DNA from: Fidelibacterota bacterium
Lineage (GTDB): Bacteria > Fidelibacterota > UBA8477 > JABMPR01
Direction of reading: 5' to 3'
Assembly (NCBI GenBank): GCA_018673925.1
Contig: JABHBL010000096.1
Span: 84,071 to 148,070 of the forward strand
DNA: 64,000 nucleotides
A program made the position numbers and the translations under genes. Shown here one piece after another: positions 28,427-39,443 of this stretch. The notes beneath the pieces were generated by a model. The model saw only the letters and a program-made list of their open reading frames with translations, had not been told where the DNA came from and made no database searches. Every line of letters starts with the position of its first letter. Position 1 is the first letter of the stretch.

Positions 28427-31400
28427 CTACTTGATGTAAGCCATTTTGATGGTTTTTGAATACCCGGCAGCCTGTAAGTGATAGATATAAATACCTGTGG
28501 CTACAGGTTGTCCAGAATTGTCCAAGCCATTCCAGGATACTTCATAACGTCCGACATCCTGACTACCATTAACCAGGGAACGGACTTCCTGCCCCAACAT
28601 GTTATAAATCACGAGATGAGCATCGCCTCTTTCAGCAATATCATAGCGGATATTTGTGGTTGGGTTGAAGGGGTTGGGATAGTTCTGCTGTAAGCTAAAC
28701 TCTGTTGGTGCTGGAAGACCAATATCAATGATACTAACCAGGCACTCTGCAACGATCTCAATTCCGCCAGGACCAGAAATAATAAGATCTTCTACGGCAA
28801 AATCCATGGCGCCAGTAGCATTTTCATCAATGACCTGAACAGGCACATTCATGAGCAGACCAGATGCCAGATCAATCATGTTTCCAGAAAGATCAATACC
28901 TAGAACGCGCATGGTATTGCCGCTCACAGATGAAAAGACTCCAACAGATTCGTTACCGGCGGCGAGAACAGGAATTCCCAGTTCTACAATGCTGGGATCG
29001 AATACGAGATCTGCTTGAAATCCAGATACCATCTCAAAGCAATCAACAGTGACTGGGATATTCTGCCATTCACGAGTATTGGTCAGTGTAAGTGGAGCAA
29101 TCGTGGCGGTGATATCCTCAATGATTGGACTGTCTTTAGCCAGTCCACCCATATTGAGAACTTCCTCGATGAGCATGACAACATCCAGGATATTGTGGTT
29201 GCCGTCACCATTTAGATCCATGATGGCCAATTCATCAAACGTGGGATCTTCACCAGTTTCAGTCACGATTTCAATAAAACGGGTCACATCCAGAATATTC
29301 AGAAATCCATCACCATCTAGATCACCCATAAGGATGGTTGATTCAACAACAAAGGGTGTGATTTCCTGCGTCCCATTCTCGATCTGGCTAGGACCAACCA
29401 GGATGTTAGTACCGTGCATGACCTGATAGTAACCAGGATCATAAATACCATCACCATAGGTGTCTAGCATTTCGAATAGGTAGGTTCCTGGTTCCAGGCC
29501 AATAGCCCATTCATAGAGTACATCAGCTTCGGTAAGATCACCTGCTGCGATACTGGCAACAATTTCGCTATTGGAGTTATAAATATTCCAGGATGATTCA
29601 TAAGGATAAGGGTCGGTCAATACCTGAACGATAACTGGTTTTGGTCCTACCCATACATCAATACTAACAGAGGCACCATGGTTTGGAACTTCGTCAAAAC
29701 CAGAGATTTCATAAACATAATGTCCATCCGGTAAGGCGAAATCCATAAAGTTCCACTCAAAGACATCAACTGTGGAAATCATGGAACCATTCCGTCTGAT
29801 TTCAAGACCTTCGAGATCATAACATGGAGATCCATCCATGTTAAACAGAGGATCTTGCCAGGTCATGGTAACTGTATGTCCGACATCCTCAATATACAGG
29901 TTGGTAGGAGGACCGGGAGCCATGTTGGCGCGTGCTTCAACCAGGTTGGTAGGAGCAGATTCTTCGCCATTGTCATAAGTAGCAGTTACTTGATAGAAGT
30001 AAGACATATCTTCTTCAACTGCATCATTATAAATGGTCTCGGTGGTGGTACCAATCACACTACCATCTTTATAGATATTGTAGTGAGTGAGATCAGTAGT
30101 TTCGCGTAAGTCATTCTGTACAAATGCATTTTCGATGAAAACAGGAGCAAATGGAGTAGACACTTCTGCAGCAAGGATGGCATCAGCTTCCATACGCGAC
30201 ATTTCATTGTTAAGCACAAGTTTCTTGAGCGTTGCAGCAGTAGTCTGTGGTGTGAACTGTCTTTGTGTTACTGATTCAGTCACAGTAAGATCATAATTTC
30301 CCGCATTAGCGCTGAATCCATCTACAACGACGAAATAAACACCTTCAGGAAGGAATGCACCCAGGATTTCAGAAGGTCCAATCAGACCTGGAGCTGCATC
30401 ACAAGCTGGACCATCATCATCATAGAATCCAGTTGAGAGTAGTACATCACAATCACCATTGAAGATTTCAACCTTGGCATCATAATCGATGTTTGGTCCA
30501 CACAGGGTGATATCGATAGCGCCATCTTCGAACATGAAGAGCTGATAGGCATAATCTTCGTTATCCGTACCGCTCACGTCAAAGTCATCAACCATACCAA
30601 CCGTACTTCCATTGGTTACGAAGGGGAGTGATGGGATGAGTTCATCTGCACAAGGCATGAGAGGAGGTGCTGGGTTACCAGGCACCCTCCAGGTAAGTTC
30701 GATATGATCATCAAAGAAACCATCTGCACGAAGTTCGCTTGGTGGAACTTCTCCAACCAGAACCTGAACTCTTTCAGAGTTGTCAGATTCCATTGCGCCT
30801 GTATCAAAGGAAGATACGACGTATGTATAGGCTCCATCGATCAGATTTTCTGTATACGCTGATTCGGTCACGGTGGCGGCATATTCACCATCGCGATATA
30901 CATAGTATCCAGCCAAATCATAATCAGTATTGTCATTCCAGTCCAATGAGATATCATCGGTAACACCATCCACTGTACCAACAAGACCTGTAGGCATCAT
31001 TGGAGCGTGATTCATTGGGACACCTTCAACTTGTGAGGAGGCTGCTTCACCGTCATCATAGATTGCAGATATGCGGTAATAGTAGGTGGTTCCGTTAACC
31101 AGTGGATGATCGGTATAAGCCATTGGGAGTGTATCAATCACAGCAATCTGATTTCCAGCTTCGATAAGGACAGGTGAGGCCTCACTACGATAAACACCAA
31201 AGTTTGTCAGCTCACGCAATTCGCGTAAATAACGACCGGGGCTGGAGCTAAGTATTTCTGGGGTGATCGCAATACCTGAAGCCCGAAGTTTTGCTAACTC
31301 GTAGCTTAGATCGTTTTCCACAACTACTAAGGATTGTTGACGAGCAGTCTGCTCGAAGATATCAAGTGTATAATTTCCAGTTGCTCCGCCAAAGCCATCC

Positions 31401-33742
31401 ACGACAACCAGATAAGTACCTGGATCAAGATAGACGTCAACTAATTCAGACTGGAGGTTCCCAGCATCATCGTTATAGTATCCTGTCGATGTTATGCAAT
31501 CATCAAAAAAGACTTCTAGTTTAGAATCATAATCGGTACCATTCTGAAGTGTAATAGTGTAAGTGGAGGGGACCATCACATTTAGCTGATAAGCCACATC
31601 TTCACCATCACCAAAAGTCACATCAAAATCATCCACCATTCCCAGGTTTGTTCCTGTGGCGTTGAAAGGTAGGGATGGGATGGGATAATCGGCGCACTCA
31701 ACCAAGGCCGGGGCTTCCGTACCAGGTGCTAACCAGGATAATTCAATGGTACCATCAAGCCCTGAAATAGCTTCCACAAACATGGGTGGCAGGTGAGAAA
31801 CGACGTCAAAGAAATACAATTCATCAGGAGAGCCTTCAGGTGAAAAGCCTTCATTTCCTTCAGAGTCAAAAGCCTGGATATAATATCCAACTGTGCTACC
31901 TACAGGATGTCCGGGGATATCACCAGAATAGATGCCATCGCCAAGATCATTCATTGATGCAGTTGAGAATGCTCCACCATTTGAATTGTAGAAGATGACT
32001 GCAAAATCCATTTCAACATTATCAGCAATATATGCTTCCACTGGATATGGACCATCGGTGTCCAAAGTAAATGTGAATTGAGTTACACCAGAAACAACGG
32101 GTGGTCTAACATCTGTATAAGGAGTGTCAAAGAAATCTAGATATTCTGTGAGTAGTTCAGTTTTGGTTGCTGAGCTATCAACCAGTCCACCAAATTCAAA
32201 AGAAGTACCAATTGAAGTCATGGTAGGTGTGAGATTGGCAATTCCACAACCCTCACCATCAGCAGGATTCACGTGAATGATTTGTGCATCAGGGGTGAGT
32301 GGTCCGAGGTGATCCATAAAGCTATTCTCACCGGCGTAGGGGTAATCCATTCCTGCAATCAGGTTCACACCTGAAACAAAGGATAAATCAGCACCACCAT
32401 CTGCAACGCCATCAACTCCAAAATAGGGGTGAAGGACAGTTTCTGGATCAAAGGCCCAGGTGTCGCCACCTTCCATATAAAGTGGATTGCCTGCATTTGC
32501 AAAGTCCACCAGTGCCAAAACTTCCGCAGAGCTATCCTGGAGGACATAATTGTTTGAATAAATTCCAAGAGTTACAAAGACGGCTGAATATTCAGCCTCA
32601 ATTGGACTACCAAAGATAAACAGATCAGGAGTTTCAATAGCTGTTAAGCCTAACTCACCAAAAGCAGTAACAAATGCTGGTCCACTGATGGAGCTGGCTG
32701 GATTCCAAATCATATATTCTGGAAAGCCATCAAACACCATGGCAGTTGCATTTACCACAATTTCTTGGGTGTTATCCGCTGTGGATGTAATGGTGTAAGT
32801 ACCATTTGCTCCACCTTCGGCTGAGGGAGTCAATGTGACATCAAAAACCACGAAAGAATCTGCGAGAACGGTAACAGGTGTTACCAGTGCTGTGGAGAAA
32901 TCCAGGCCATCAATGGTGATAGCGGTGACATCAAAAGGATCAAGACCAATATTGCCAATGGTAACATCGGTAGTAACGGCGCCATCATCAATCTGGAGAA
33001 CGCCAAAATTGATATTACGAGTATCAACGGTCATGTATGAACCAGTAATTTCCTGAGGAAGATACAGTGCAGAAATACCAAAGTTTCCAACGAGTTCAGG
33101 ATCACCACCGACGGCATCATTGATCATTTCCCAACCATTGGCGGAGTAAGCCCAGTTGCGATCTAGATAATTCGACTGTAAGTCACTGGCAATTCCAAGG
33201 AATCCAGAGCTGTTTTCCCAGACAACAACGTAGTAATCTCCGGCTTCAAGAACCAGGTTGTCCAGGACAATATCAAATTGTGAGGTTGGATCATCTATGG
33301 TAGTGAGATCCATTGGAGCGGATTCCCAAAGAGCGGATCCATCACCAGGAGCGATTGGCAGAGATGGAGGACCAGCTACACCAGAAGCAGGATCAGTGTA
33401 AATACTTACAATAGCTGCTGTCGCACTTCCACCCTGGGTATAAAGTGTCAGGCCAGTGAGAAAGATGGGTGTATCAGCGGTAAAGCGTACACTGAAACCA
33501 CAACCTCCACCACAACCGATTTGACCTTCAAAAGAGCCATCATGATAGACTGCTTCTTCATCGCGGAGCGATGAACCAGGGATTGTCTCAGCATTCCAAT
33601 TTACATCCAGCGTTCCGTCGGCTGATGTCTTCAGGCATACATCACAGGCTGCTGTTGGTGCGACCTTCCGGTCGGCAAAAGCTCCAGTTGCCAGTAGCAT
33701 GACGAGGACAAAAACCCATCCGTTTGAGAACAATCGTTTCAT
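28427..33742 (-). CDS. Giant multi-domain cell-surface protein (T9SS cargo) with tandem PPC-like modules, FN3-like domains, dockerin-type repeat pair and cohesin-like domain
   Basis: Start taken at the MKRLFSNGW Met (AAGGAG SD 6 nt upstream). Signal peptide, two homologous ~150-aa modules (ADxxIPSLPF..GMVDDFDV...Y.LVVVDGFG.A.GNY.L), dockerin Ca-binding pair DLDGDGFLNILDV / DLNGDGNHNILDV, cohesin-like IPVTVDCFEMVSGFQADLVFDPSIVEL, and type-A CTD YPNPFNPTTNIRYDI...VIYNMLGQEV...WNGLDNSGQPVATGIYIYHLQAAG...KMAYIK. Confidence 0.8.
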   Translation of the reverse strand: MKRLFSNGWVFVLVMLLATGAFADRKVAPTAACDVCLKTSADGTLDVNWNAETIPGSSLRDEEAVYHDGSFEGQIGCGGGCGFSVRFTADTPIFLTGLTLYTQGGSATAAIVSIYTDPASGVAGPPSLPIAPGDGSALWESAPMDLTTIDDPTSQFDIVLDNLVLEAGDYYVVVWENSSGFLGIASDLQSNYLDRNWAYSANGWEMINDAVGGDPELVGNFGISALYLPQEITGSYMTVDTRNINFGVLQIDDGAVTTDVTIGNIGLDPFDVTAITIDGLDFSTALVTPVTVLADSFVVFDVTLTPSAEGGANGTYTITSTADNTQEIVVNATAMVFDGFPEYMIWNPASSISGPAFVTAFGELGLTAIETPDLFIFGSPIEAEYSAVFVTLGIYSNNYVLQDSSAEVLALVDFANAGNPLYMEGGDTWAFDPETVLHPYFGVDGVADGGADLSFVSGVNLIAGMDYPYAGENSFMDHLGPLTPDAQIIHVNPADGEGCGIANLTPTMTSIGTSFEFGGLVDSSATKTELLTEYLDFFDTPYTDVRPPVVSGVTQFTFTLDTDGPYPVEAYIADNVEMDFAVIFYNSNGGAFSTASMNDLGDGIYSGDIPGHPVGSTVGYYIQAFDSEGNEGFSPEGSPDELYFFDVVSHLPPMFVEAISGLDGTIELSWLAPGTEAPALVECADYPIPSLPFNATGTNLGMVDDFDVTFGDGEDVAYQLNVMVPSTYTITLQNGTDYDSKLEVFFDDCITSTGYYNDDAGNLQSELVDVYLDPGTYLVVVDGFGGATGNYTLDIFEQTARQQSLVVVENDLSYELAKLRASGIAITPEILSSSPGRYLRELRELTNFGVYRSEASPVLIEAGNQIAVIDTLPMAYTDHPLVNGTTYYYRISAIYDDGEAASSQVEGVPMNHAPMMPTGLVGTVDGVTDDISLDWNDNTDYDLAGYYVYRDGEYAATVTESAYTENLIDGAYTYVVSSFDTGAMESDNSERVQVLVGEVPPSELRADGFFDDHIELTWRVPGNPAPPLMPCADELIPSLPFVTNGSTVGMVDDFDVSGTDNEDYAYQLFMFEDGAIDITLCGPNIDYDAKVEIFNGDCDVLLSTGFYDDDGPACDAAPGLIGPSEILGAFLPEGVYFVVVDGFSANAGNYDLTVTESVTQRQFTPQTTAATLKKLVLNNEMSRMEADAILAAEVSTPFAPVFIENAFVQNDLRETTDLTHYNIYKDGSVIGTTTETIYNDAVEEDMSYFYQVTATYDNGEESAPTNLVEARANMAPGPPTNLYIEDVGHTVTMTWQDPLFNMDGSPCYDLEGLEIRRNGSMISTVDVFEWNFMDFALPDGHYVYEISGFDEVPNHGASVSIDVWVGPKPVIVQVLTDPYPYESSWNIYNSNSEIVASIAAGDLTEADVLYEWAIGLEPGTYLFEMLDTYGDGIYDPGYYQVMHGTNILVGPSQIENGTQEITPFVVESTILMGDLDGDGFLNILDVTRFIEIVTETGEDPTFDELAIMDLNGDGNHNILDVVMLIEEVLNMGGLAKDSPIIEDITATIAPLTLTNTREWQNIPVTVDCFEMVSGFQADLVFDPSIVELGIPVLAAGNESVGVFSSVSGNTMRVLGIDLSGNMIDLASGLLMNVPVQVIDENATGAMDFAVEDLIISGPGGIEIVAECLVSIIDIGLPAPTEFSLQQNYPNPFNPTTNIRYDIAERGDAHLVIYNMLGQEVRSLVNGSQDVGRYEVSWNGLDNSGQPVATGIYIYHLQAAGYSKTIKMAYIK

Positions 33743-33957
33743 GGTATACTCCTTAGTATTCATTTTATCATGGACCTTTTTAAACTTATTACCGTTAAAT
33801 TTTTTTCTACAAAAAAAACGGCACCGATAATAAAGTGCAATTTCTCTGGTTAAACACCAAATATAGAACTAGCTCAGAACCAATTCAAGCCTATTGCCTG
33901 AAGCATTCTTGATGACATGAAAATGAGATATATTAGTGATATAGATATACAGGGTTC

Positions 33958-34608
33958 TTAAATTTTGATTAATTGGCCAAACCAAACTCTCATAGAAATC
34001 CCAGAGAGAGGAGCATATTTGGGATTGAATCCAAGCTCAGAAACTGGAGTTCGGCCTGAAAAATCATGGAAATATCCAAACTCAAAGCCCCAGGTTTTTC
34101 TGAAATTCATCCCGTAGAGCAATCCAAAGAGATGAACATTGTCACCCCAAAAGCCTGAGGGGATATAATTATAGCGAAGGCCAACATAGCCGTAATTGAA
34201 AGCATCAGTTTCAGTTTGCTTGAACACTTTGCCATCTCTTCGTACCGTCTTGGTTCGATCTTTTCGGGAAACATTGTAGTAGGTTGCACCAAAGGAACTC
34301 TGCTCAGCGTAGGTGGCGGCAAAATTAATGGTATGTAACCTGGACCCCTCATCCCTGAGCGTAATTGTCGCATCCACACCACTTCCATGAATGGGCAACA
34401 TGCCAATTCGGATACCACCATCCATCTTTTGTCCTAGACCCTTCCTGTATACAAATTGTGGAATCATATTTTCAGCTGAAAGAGCCACGCCCTTATAGCT
34501 TTCATTAGGTTTAAGTGGTTCTGGAGAAATCACGGCATGCGAGGTACAGGACATCGCAAACACGATGAAAAATAAACACAAAAAGTAATATTTCGGATTT
34601 TTGAACAT
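33958..34608 (-). CDS. Hypothetical secreted beta-rich (OMP-like) protein
   Basis: Start taken at the internal Met giving signal peptide MFKNPKYYFLCLFFIVFAMSCTSHA. Gly/aromatic-rich alternating pattern. Confidence 0.35.
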   Translation of the reverse strand: MFKNPKYYFLCLFFIVFAMSCTSHAVISPEPLKPNESYKGVALSAENMIPQFVYRKGLGQKMDGGIRIGMLPIHGSGVDATITLRDEGSRLHTINFAATYAEQSSFGATYYNVSRKDRTKTVRRDGKVFKQTETDAFNYGYVGLRYNYIPSGFWGDNVHLFGLLYGMNFRKTWGFEFGYFHDFSGRTPVSELGFNPKYAPLSGISMRVWFGQLIKI

Positions 34609-34809
34609 GTCCTCGAATTTCCCCGCAGGTGCCATTGATGACAAGACTTTTGTTCTCAAAATATGATCTCCCTGTATAGAAAATCCATACAATTTGAAAT
34701 GCATACCTGGAATCAACTCCATGTCTCAACGAGAAAATCTCTGAGGGATGTGCTATTCAAATTTCAGCAAACTGTTTTGGACAAACGTGAAGCTGGTTAG
34801 ATTAGGGGC

Positions 34810-35583
34810 ATGGATACAAAACAAGCAATCGTAAAAAACTGGATCTATCGCTATACGGGAGTTGAACCTGAAGCCTTTGGCGATAGAATATTATTGACAA
34901 ATTTTAGAAACTATGTCGAGAAGTTTGCCCACCGTTTCGATGTCCCTGTTTTTGGAGAAGATCGCTCCATGATCGTCGCCACCAACAAGGATGGATTGAG
35001 CATTATCAACTTTGGAATGGGTTCTGCCAATGCGGCAACCATCATGGATTTACTTTCAGCAATTGATCCCTATGGCGTCTTATTTCTAGGTAAGTGCGGT
35101 GGATTAAAGCAATCCACAGATCTTGGCCATTTTATTCTGCCCATTGCTGCCATCCGAGGTGAAGGTACCAGCAATGATTACCTCCGACCAGAGGTGCCAG
35201 CTATGCCCAGCTTTAAGATTCACAAATACATCTCACAAATTTTGGTTGAAAAGGATCTTGATTATCGAACTGGTGTAGTCTACACCACCAATCGCCGAGT
35301 TTGGGAACACGATGAAGTCTTTAAGGATTATTTAAAGGATACGCGCTCCATTGGCATTGACATGGAAACCGCTACCATCTTCATTACTGGTCTCGCCAAT
35401 AACATTCCCCGTGGCGCGTTATTGCTGGTAAGTGATCTTCCCATGGTGCCAGATGGTGTCAAAACCGAGGCGTTGGATCAGAGTGTCACCAAGAAGTATG
35501 TGGATTTGCACCTGGATATTGGTATTGAAGCCATGACGCATATTGCTGAGCAGGGTGAATCAATAAAACACTTCTCGTTTTAA
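34810..35583 (+). CDS. AMP nucleosidase-like / nucleoside phosphorylase family I protein
   Basis: PNP_UDP_1-type core (IINFGMGSANAATIMDLL, LGKCGGL, IGIDMETATIF). About 257 aa, as in short AMP nucleosidases of Bacteroidota. Confidence 0.5.
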   Translation: MDTKQAIVKNWIYRYTGVEPEAFGDRILLTNFRNYVEKFAHRFDVPVFGEDRSMIVATNKDGLSIINFGMGSANAATIMDLLSAIDPYGVLFLGKCGGLKQSTDLGHFILPIAAIRGEGTSNDYLRPEVPAMPSFKIHKYISQILVEKDLDYRTGVVYTTNRRVWEHDEVFKDYLKDTRSIGIDMETATIFITGLANNIPRGALLLVSDLPMVPDGVKTEALDQSVTKKYVDLHLDIGIEAMTHIAEQGESIKHFSF

Positions 35584-35611
35584 GCGGATTTTCAAGCTGG
35601 TTGATTTTTTA

Positions 35612-35640
35612 AAAACCAGGATGCGAATCCTGGTTTCGAT
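35612..35640. terminator. Bidirectional terminator between the convergent amn-like and PBP1a genes
   Basis: TTTTTT-AAAAA-CCAGGAT-GCGA-ATCCTGG-TTTCG. Confidence 0.6.
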
Positions 35641-35645
35641 ACGTT

Positions 35646-37826
35646 TTAAAAGTCGATGACTTTTGGTTTTGAACGATTACCGTGAACATCACAACTTTGA
35701 GTAGGGATGGTTCCAGGTAAAAAGACTTCGCGCTCTGGTGTACAATATTGTGTCGCTAATTTGTGGGTTTCAGAACAAACATTTGCAAACACAACTGATT
35801 CTTCGGGAATCTCAAATTCTTCTCGTTCCCAATCCAGACTATCATAGACGGCCTTCATGTACTGCGCCCAAATTGGAACCCCCAAAGCTGATCCGGCCAT
35901 ACCATTGCCCAGGCTGATGGATGGAGAATCCATGCCCACCCAGACGGCTGTGGACAAGCGTGTGGTGAAACCTACATACCAGGCATCTGTAAAGCCAGTC
36001 GTTGTCCCTGTTTTTCCACCTGCTGGTTCATGAAAGCTAAATCTGGTTCTGGCGCCGACACCGGTTCCCCGATTGGCTACTGTCTCGAGCAGGGACAGCA
36101 TGACATAGGATGTCCCCCGGCCTAAAACCTCTTTTTGATCTCCATTATAGGTACGTAGAACGCCTCCAAATCGATCCTGAACAGAGCGAATTCCCAGTGG
36201 TTGAATCCAGATACCCAAACGAGGATATACAGCATAGGCTGCTGCCATCTCAATGGGGTAAACTCCTGAAGCACCCAGAGCCAATGCATCACCGGGATAT
36301 AATCGGGTAGTAATACCCATGGCTCGAGCTTTTTCAACTACTGCAGCTGGCGCTATGAGTTCCTGGATGGTTCTCACAGCGATCAAATTAAGTGATCGTC
36401 TTATGCCTTCTCGCATAGTGGTTTCGCCACCCATGCTTAAATCATAATTTTTCGGGCGCCAATCTGTTGAATCATTTGTTCCCAACTTGATCACAACAGG
36501 TTGATTTAATAAGGTTGTTGTTACAGGATACCCATTGTCTATAGCTGCGGTATAAAGAAAGGCTTTAAAAGATGATCCGGGTTGTCGTTTCATCTGGGTA
36601 GAGCGATTCCATTTTGACTTACTAAAATCTTTGCCGCCAACCATGGCTTTTATCTCACCTGTTTCCACATCGAGAGAAATCAGTTGTGCCTGTACAGTCA
36701 ATAAATTTTCAATCTGATTGGTCATTTCAACTGAGTCAGAAATCATCAAGCGCACGGTATCAACGGTAAGGTCAATCTTGTGTTTTTCTAAAATGTTGGC
36801 CAAGGCCTTTGAATTTTCATCCATCATGCGCGCATCAAAAATGGTCTGGACCCGATCAAGCTCCCTTGCTACAACTTCATTGGCGATGGTCTGCAAACGT
36901 GTGTCAAGACTGGTGTATATAGTCAGACCGTCACGATAAAGATCGACACCCAGTTCATCATCTTCTTTTTCCAGTTGACGTCGTATAAACTCACCAAAAT
37001 GGGGTGCCACATTTCCCACATCAACGCTATCTGGAATCCAGGTTTCAATAGGAAGCGACTTGAAATAATTCCGTTCAACAGCATTAATGGCTTTCTCTCT
37101 AAACATACTATTGATGACTACATTGCGTATATGCCTGGATCTATCAGGGTGAGTAATTGGGGAATAGTATGCTGGAGCACGAAGCATACCTATCAGGATG
37201 GCACCTTCATCCAGAGTAAGGTTCTCAACCCGTTTATGAAAATATTTTGTTGCTGCGGCCTGTAGCCCATAGGTTCCATGTCCGAAATAGACCGTATTCA
37301 GATACATGGTCAGAATCTCTTCTTTGGTAAAAGTATGCTCGATTTGAACCGCAGTGATTAGCTCCCTAAGTTTGCGCAGATAGGTTTGTTTAAATCCAAT
37401 ACGAGCGTATAAACTTCGCGCCAATTGTTGTGTCAGGGAAGAAGAACCTCCGTGAATTTTTCCAGTTGCCACATTCAAAGTGAGGTTATAAACGGTGCGA
37501 AACAAATTCATACCCCAGTGGCTATAGAAACGCTGATCCTCGGTCACGATGAGTGCTTTTTTAACATGAGGTGGGATTTCATTGGATTTAACCAATGTTC
37601 GCTGTGTAGTAAAAAGTTCCTGGATAACCTGATCGTCAGCAGAAACAATTCGGGTGATCAGATCAGGATCATAACGTTCCAATTCATCCAGAGAGGGCAG
37701 GTCTTTAGACAAAAAGAAGAGCCATGTGAAAATGCCCACCACAAAGGCCAAAGACACGATTGAAGCAATATACAACCTATGCTTAAATTTCTGTCGACTA
37801 CCCCTGGCTTGGAACTGTTTCATCAT
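35646..37826 (-). CDS. mrcA: Penicillin-binding protein 1A (bifunctional GT51 transglycosylase / transpeptidase)
   Basis: TM anchor. GT51 motifs EDQRFYSHWG, GGSSLTQQLAR, KEEILTMYLNTVYFG. Transpeptidase SSFKAF (SxxK), SLN, KTGTT. Confidence 0.9.
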   Translation of the reverse strand: MMKQFQARGSRQKFKHRLYIASIVSLAFVVGIFTWLFFLSKDLPSLDELERYDPDLITRIVSADDQVIQELFTTQRTLVKSNEIPPHVKKALIVTEDQRFYSHWGMNLFRTVYNLTLNVATGKIHGGSSSLTQQLARSLYARIGFKQTYLRKLRELITAVQIEHTFTKEEILTMYLNTVYFGHGTYGLQAAATKYFHKRVENLTLDEGAILIGMLRAPAYYSPITHPDRSRHIRNVVINSMFREKAINAVERNYFKSLPIETWIPDSVDVGNVAPHFGEFIRRQLEKEDDELGVDLYRDGLTIYTSLDTRLQTIANEVVARELDRVQTIFDARMMDENSKALANILEKHKIDLTVDTVRLMISDSVEMTNQIENLLTVQAQLISLDVETGEIKAMVGGKDFSKSKWNRSTQMKRQPGSSFKAFLYTAAIDNGYPVTTTLLNQPVVIKLGTNDSTDWRPKNYDLSMGGETTMREGIRRSLNLIAVRTIQELIAPAAVVEKARAMGITTRLYPGDALALGASGVYPIEMAAAYAVYPRLGIWIQPLGIRSVQDRFGGVLRTYNGDQKEVLGRGTSYVMLSLLETVANRGTGVGARTRFSFHEPAGGKTGTTTGFTDAWYVGFTTRLSTAVWVGMDSPSISLGNGMAGSALGVPIWAQYMKAVYDSLDWEREEFEIPEESVVFANVCSETHKLATQYCTPEREVFLPGTIPTQSCDVHGNRSKPKVIDF

Positions 37827-38097
37827 ATCTTACAATTATAAACTTATATGCCTGTCTTGTTCATACGTTTTTGAATCAAATCAATAATATTTCATGGATT
37901 TGCAGCATAAGAGAAATCATAAAACGGGATTTCAGGTAAACTTTCTAGACAATGAAGATATGGTCACCTCGCTTCAGCATCAAAAACAGCATATTGCACA
38001 ACCACACTCCATCACTATATTTTTTGCTCCATCGCAAGAATAGCTGTTATAGTAGATGTTTAGCAATGAGTGAATAGTATTATAGGGAAATCCCCGT

Positions 38098-39330
38098 ATG
38101 TATACGTTTAGAAAATATGAACACGATAAGGACATTGAAGCTGCCAGAAGAATCTGGCGTGAAGTTCAATGGATTGATGATAGTTCTGATGAAAAATTAC
38201 TGGATGCTTTTCTCGGAGGAGGTAGAGCATTGGTTGCTGACCTGAATGGGAGTGCTGAATGTCTAGTTACCGCCAATCCGGGAAAAATTAAATATCTAAA
38301 CGAGGAATTATCACTTTCTGTCGTGACTTCCGTTACCACCAGCCGGATAGCACGTAAGCAAGGTCTGGCAAAAAAACTGACGGCCCAACTCATCGCCGAG
38401 GAAGCTGAAGCTGGTGCAATTGTATCCACCCTTGGAATTTTTGAACAGGGATTTTATGATCAATTGGGATATGGAAGCGGCTCCTATGAGCATTGGATGA
38501 GCTTTGATCCAGCCGACATTACGATTAATGATAAAATCCGACCTCCAGTGCGTTTAAAAGAAGATGATTGGAAAAAAATTCACCAGGCCCTTCAAAACCG
38601 AAAAACTCACCATGGTGGTGTAACACTTTACCCAGAGTGTTTTGTTGAAGCTGAGTTAGCCTGGTTAAAGAAGGGTTTTGGTCTGGGCTATGCTGACGGA
38701 CCAAAAGGTGAATTGACCCACTTCTTTTGGGGAACCAGTAAGGGTGAGCATGGTCCTATCACCATACATATTCTGTCATATCAATCGATGGAACAATTCA
38801 TAGAAATGATGGCTTTGATTAAATCACTGGGTGATCAAATTCGACTTGTCAAAATGAGAGAACCTGCTGGGATTCAACTTCAGGATCTAATCCGAAACCC
38901 TTTTAGGTCAAGGATAGTGACAGAGAAATCCAAGTTTGAGCATATCAATAGGGCCTCGGCGTACTGGCAAACCAGAATCTGTAATCTGGAGGCCTGTATT
39001 GAAGCAACCCACCTGAATTCAAGGTCATTGCGCTTTAATCTGGACCTCAGTGACCCTCTGGAAAAACTCATAGATCCGGAATCAGCCTGGCGAGGATGTG
39101 CAGGGGAGTATACTATTGAACTGGGATCAACATCTCATGCAACTGATGGATTTGATAAAGCATTGCCGACCCTGACAGCTGATATTGGTACATTTACCCG
39201 CTTGTGGCTGGGTGTTAAATCAGCTACCGGCTTATCTGCTACAGGTAATTTGAGTGCTCCAGAATCGCTCCTAAACGATCTGGATGAAGTGCTATGTCTT
39301 CCGAATCCACATCCAGACTGGGATTATTAA
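38098..39330 (+). CDS. Eis-like GNAT acetyltransferase with SCP2-like C-terminal domain
   Basis: About 410 aa. N-terminal GNAT with RKQGLAKKL acetyl-CoA loop, second GNAT-like region, C-terminal helical domain. Architecture and length match Eis (enhanced intracellular survival) family proteins. Confidence 0.45.
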   Translation: MYTFRKYEHDKDIEAARRIWREVQWIDDSSDEKLLDAFLGGGRALVADLNGSAECLVTANPGKIKYLNEELSLSVVTSVTTSRIARKQGLAKKLTAQLIAEEAEAGAIVSTLGIFEQGFYDQLGYGSGSYEHWMSFDPADITINDKIRPPVRLKEDDWKKIHQALQNRKTHHGGVTLYPECFVEAELAWLKKGFGLGYADGPKGELTHFFWGTSKGEHGPITIHILSYQSMEQFIEMMALIKSLGDQIRLVKMREPAGIQLQDLIRNPFRSRIVTEKSKFEHINRASAYWQTRICNLEACIEATHLNSRSLRFNLDLSDPLEKLIDPESAWRGCAGEYTIELGSTSHATDGFDKALPTLTADIGTFTRLWLGVKSATGLSATGNLSAPESLLNDLDEVLCLPNPHPDWDY

Positions 39331-39443
39331 ACAGGAATACTTCAATATAAAACTGGTGCATAGAACTCATGGTTGCACCCACCTGGTTAGCAACTATATT
39401 TTTGGTACATTTTCAGATTTTGAGAACAAATGGGAGCGCGGTG

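Noticed and set aside
35612-35640. GCGAATCCTGG resembling a tRNA T-arm
   Set aside because: Only a single hairpin flanked by T/A runs, with no acceptor or anticodon arms. It is a bidirectional terminator.
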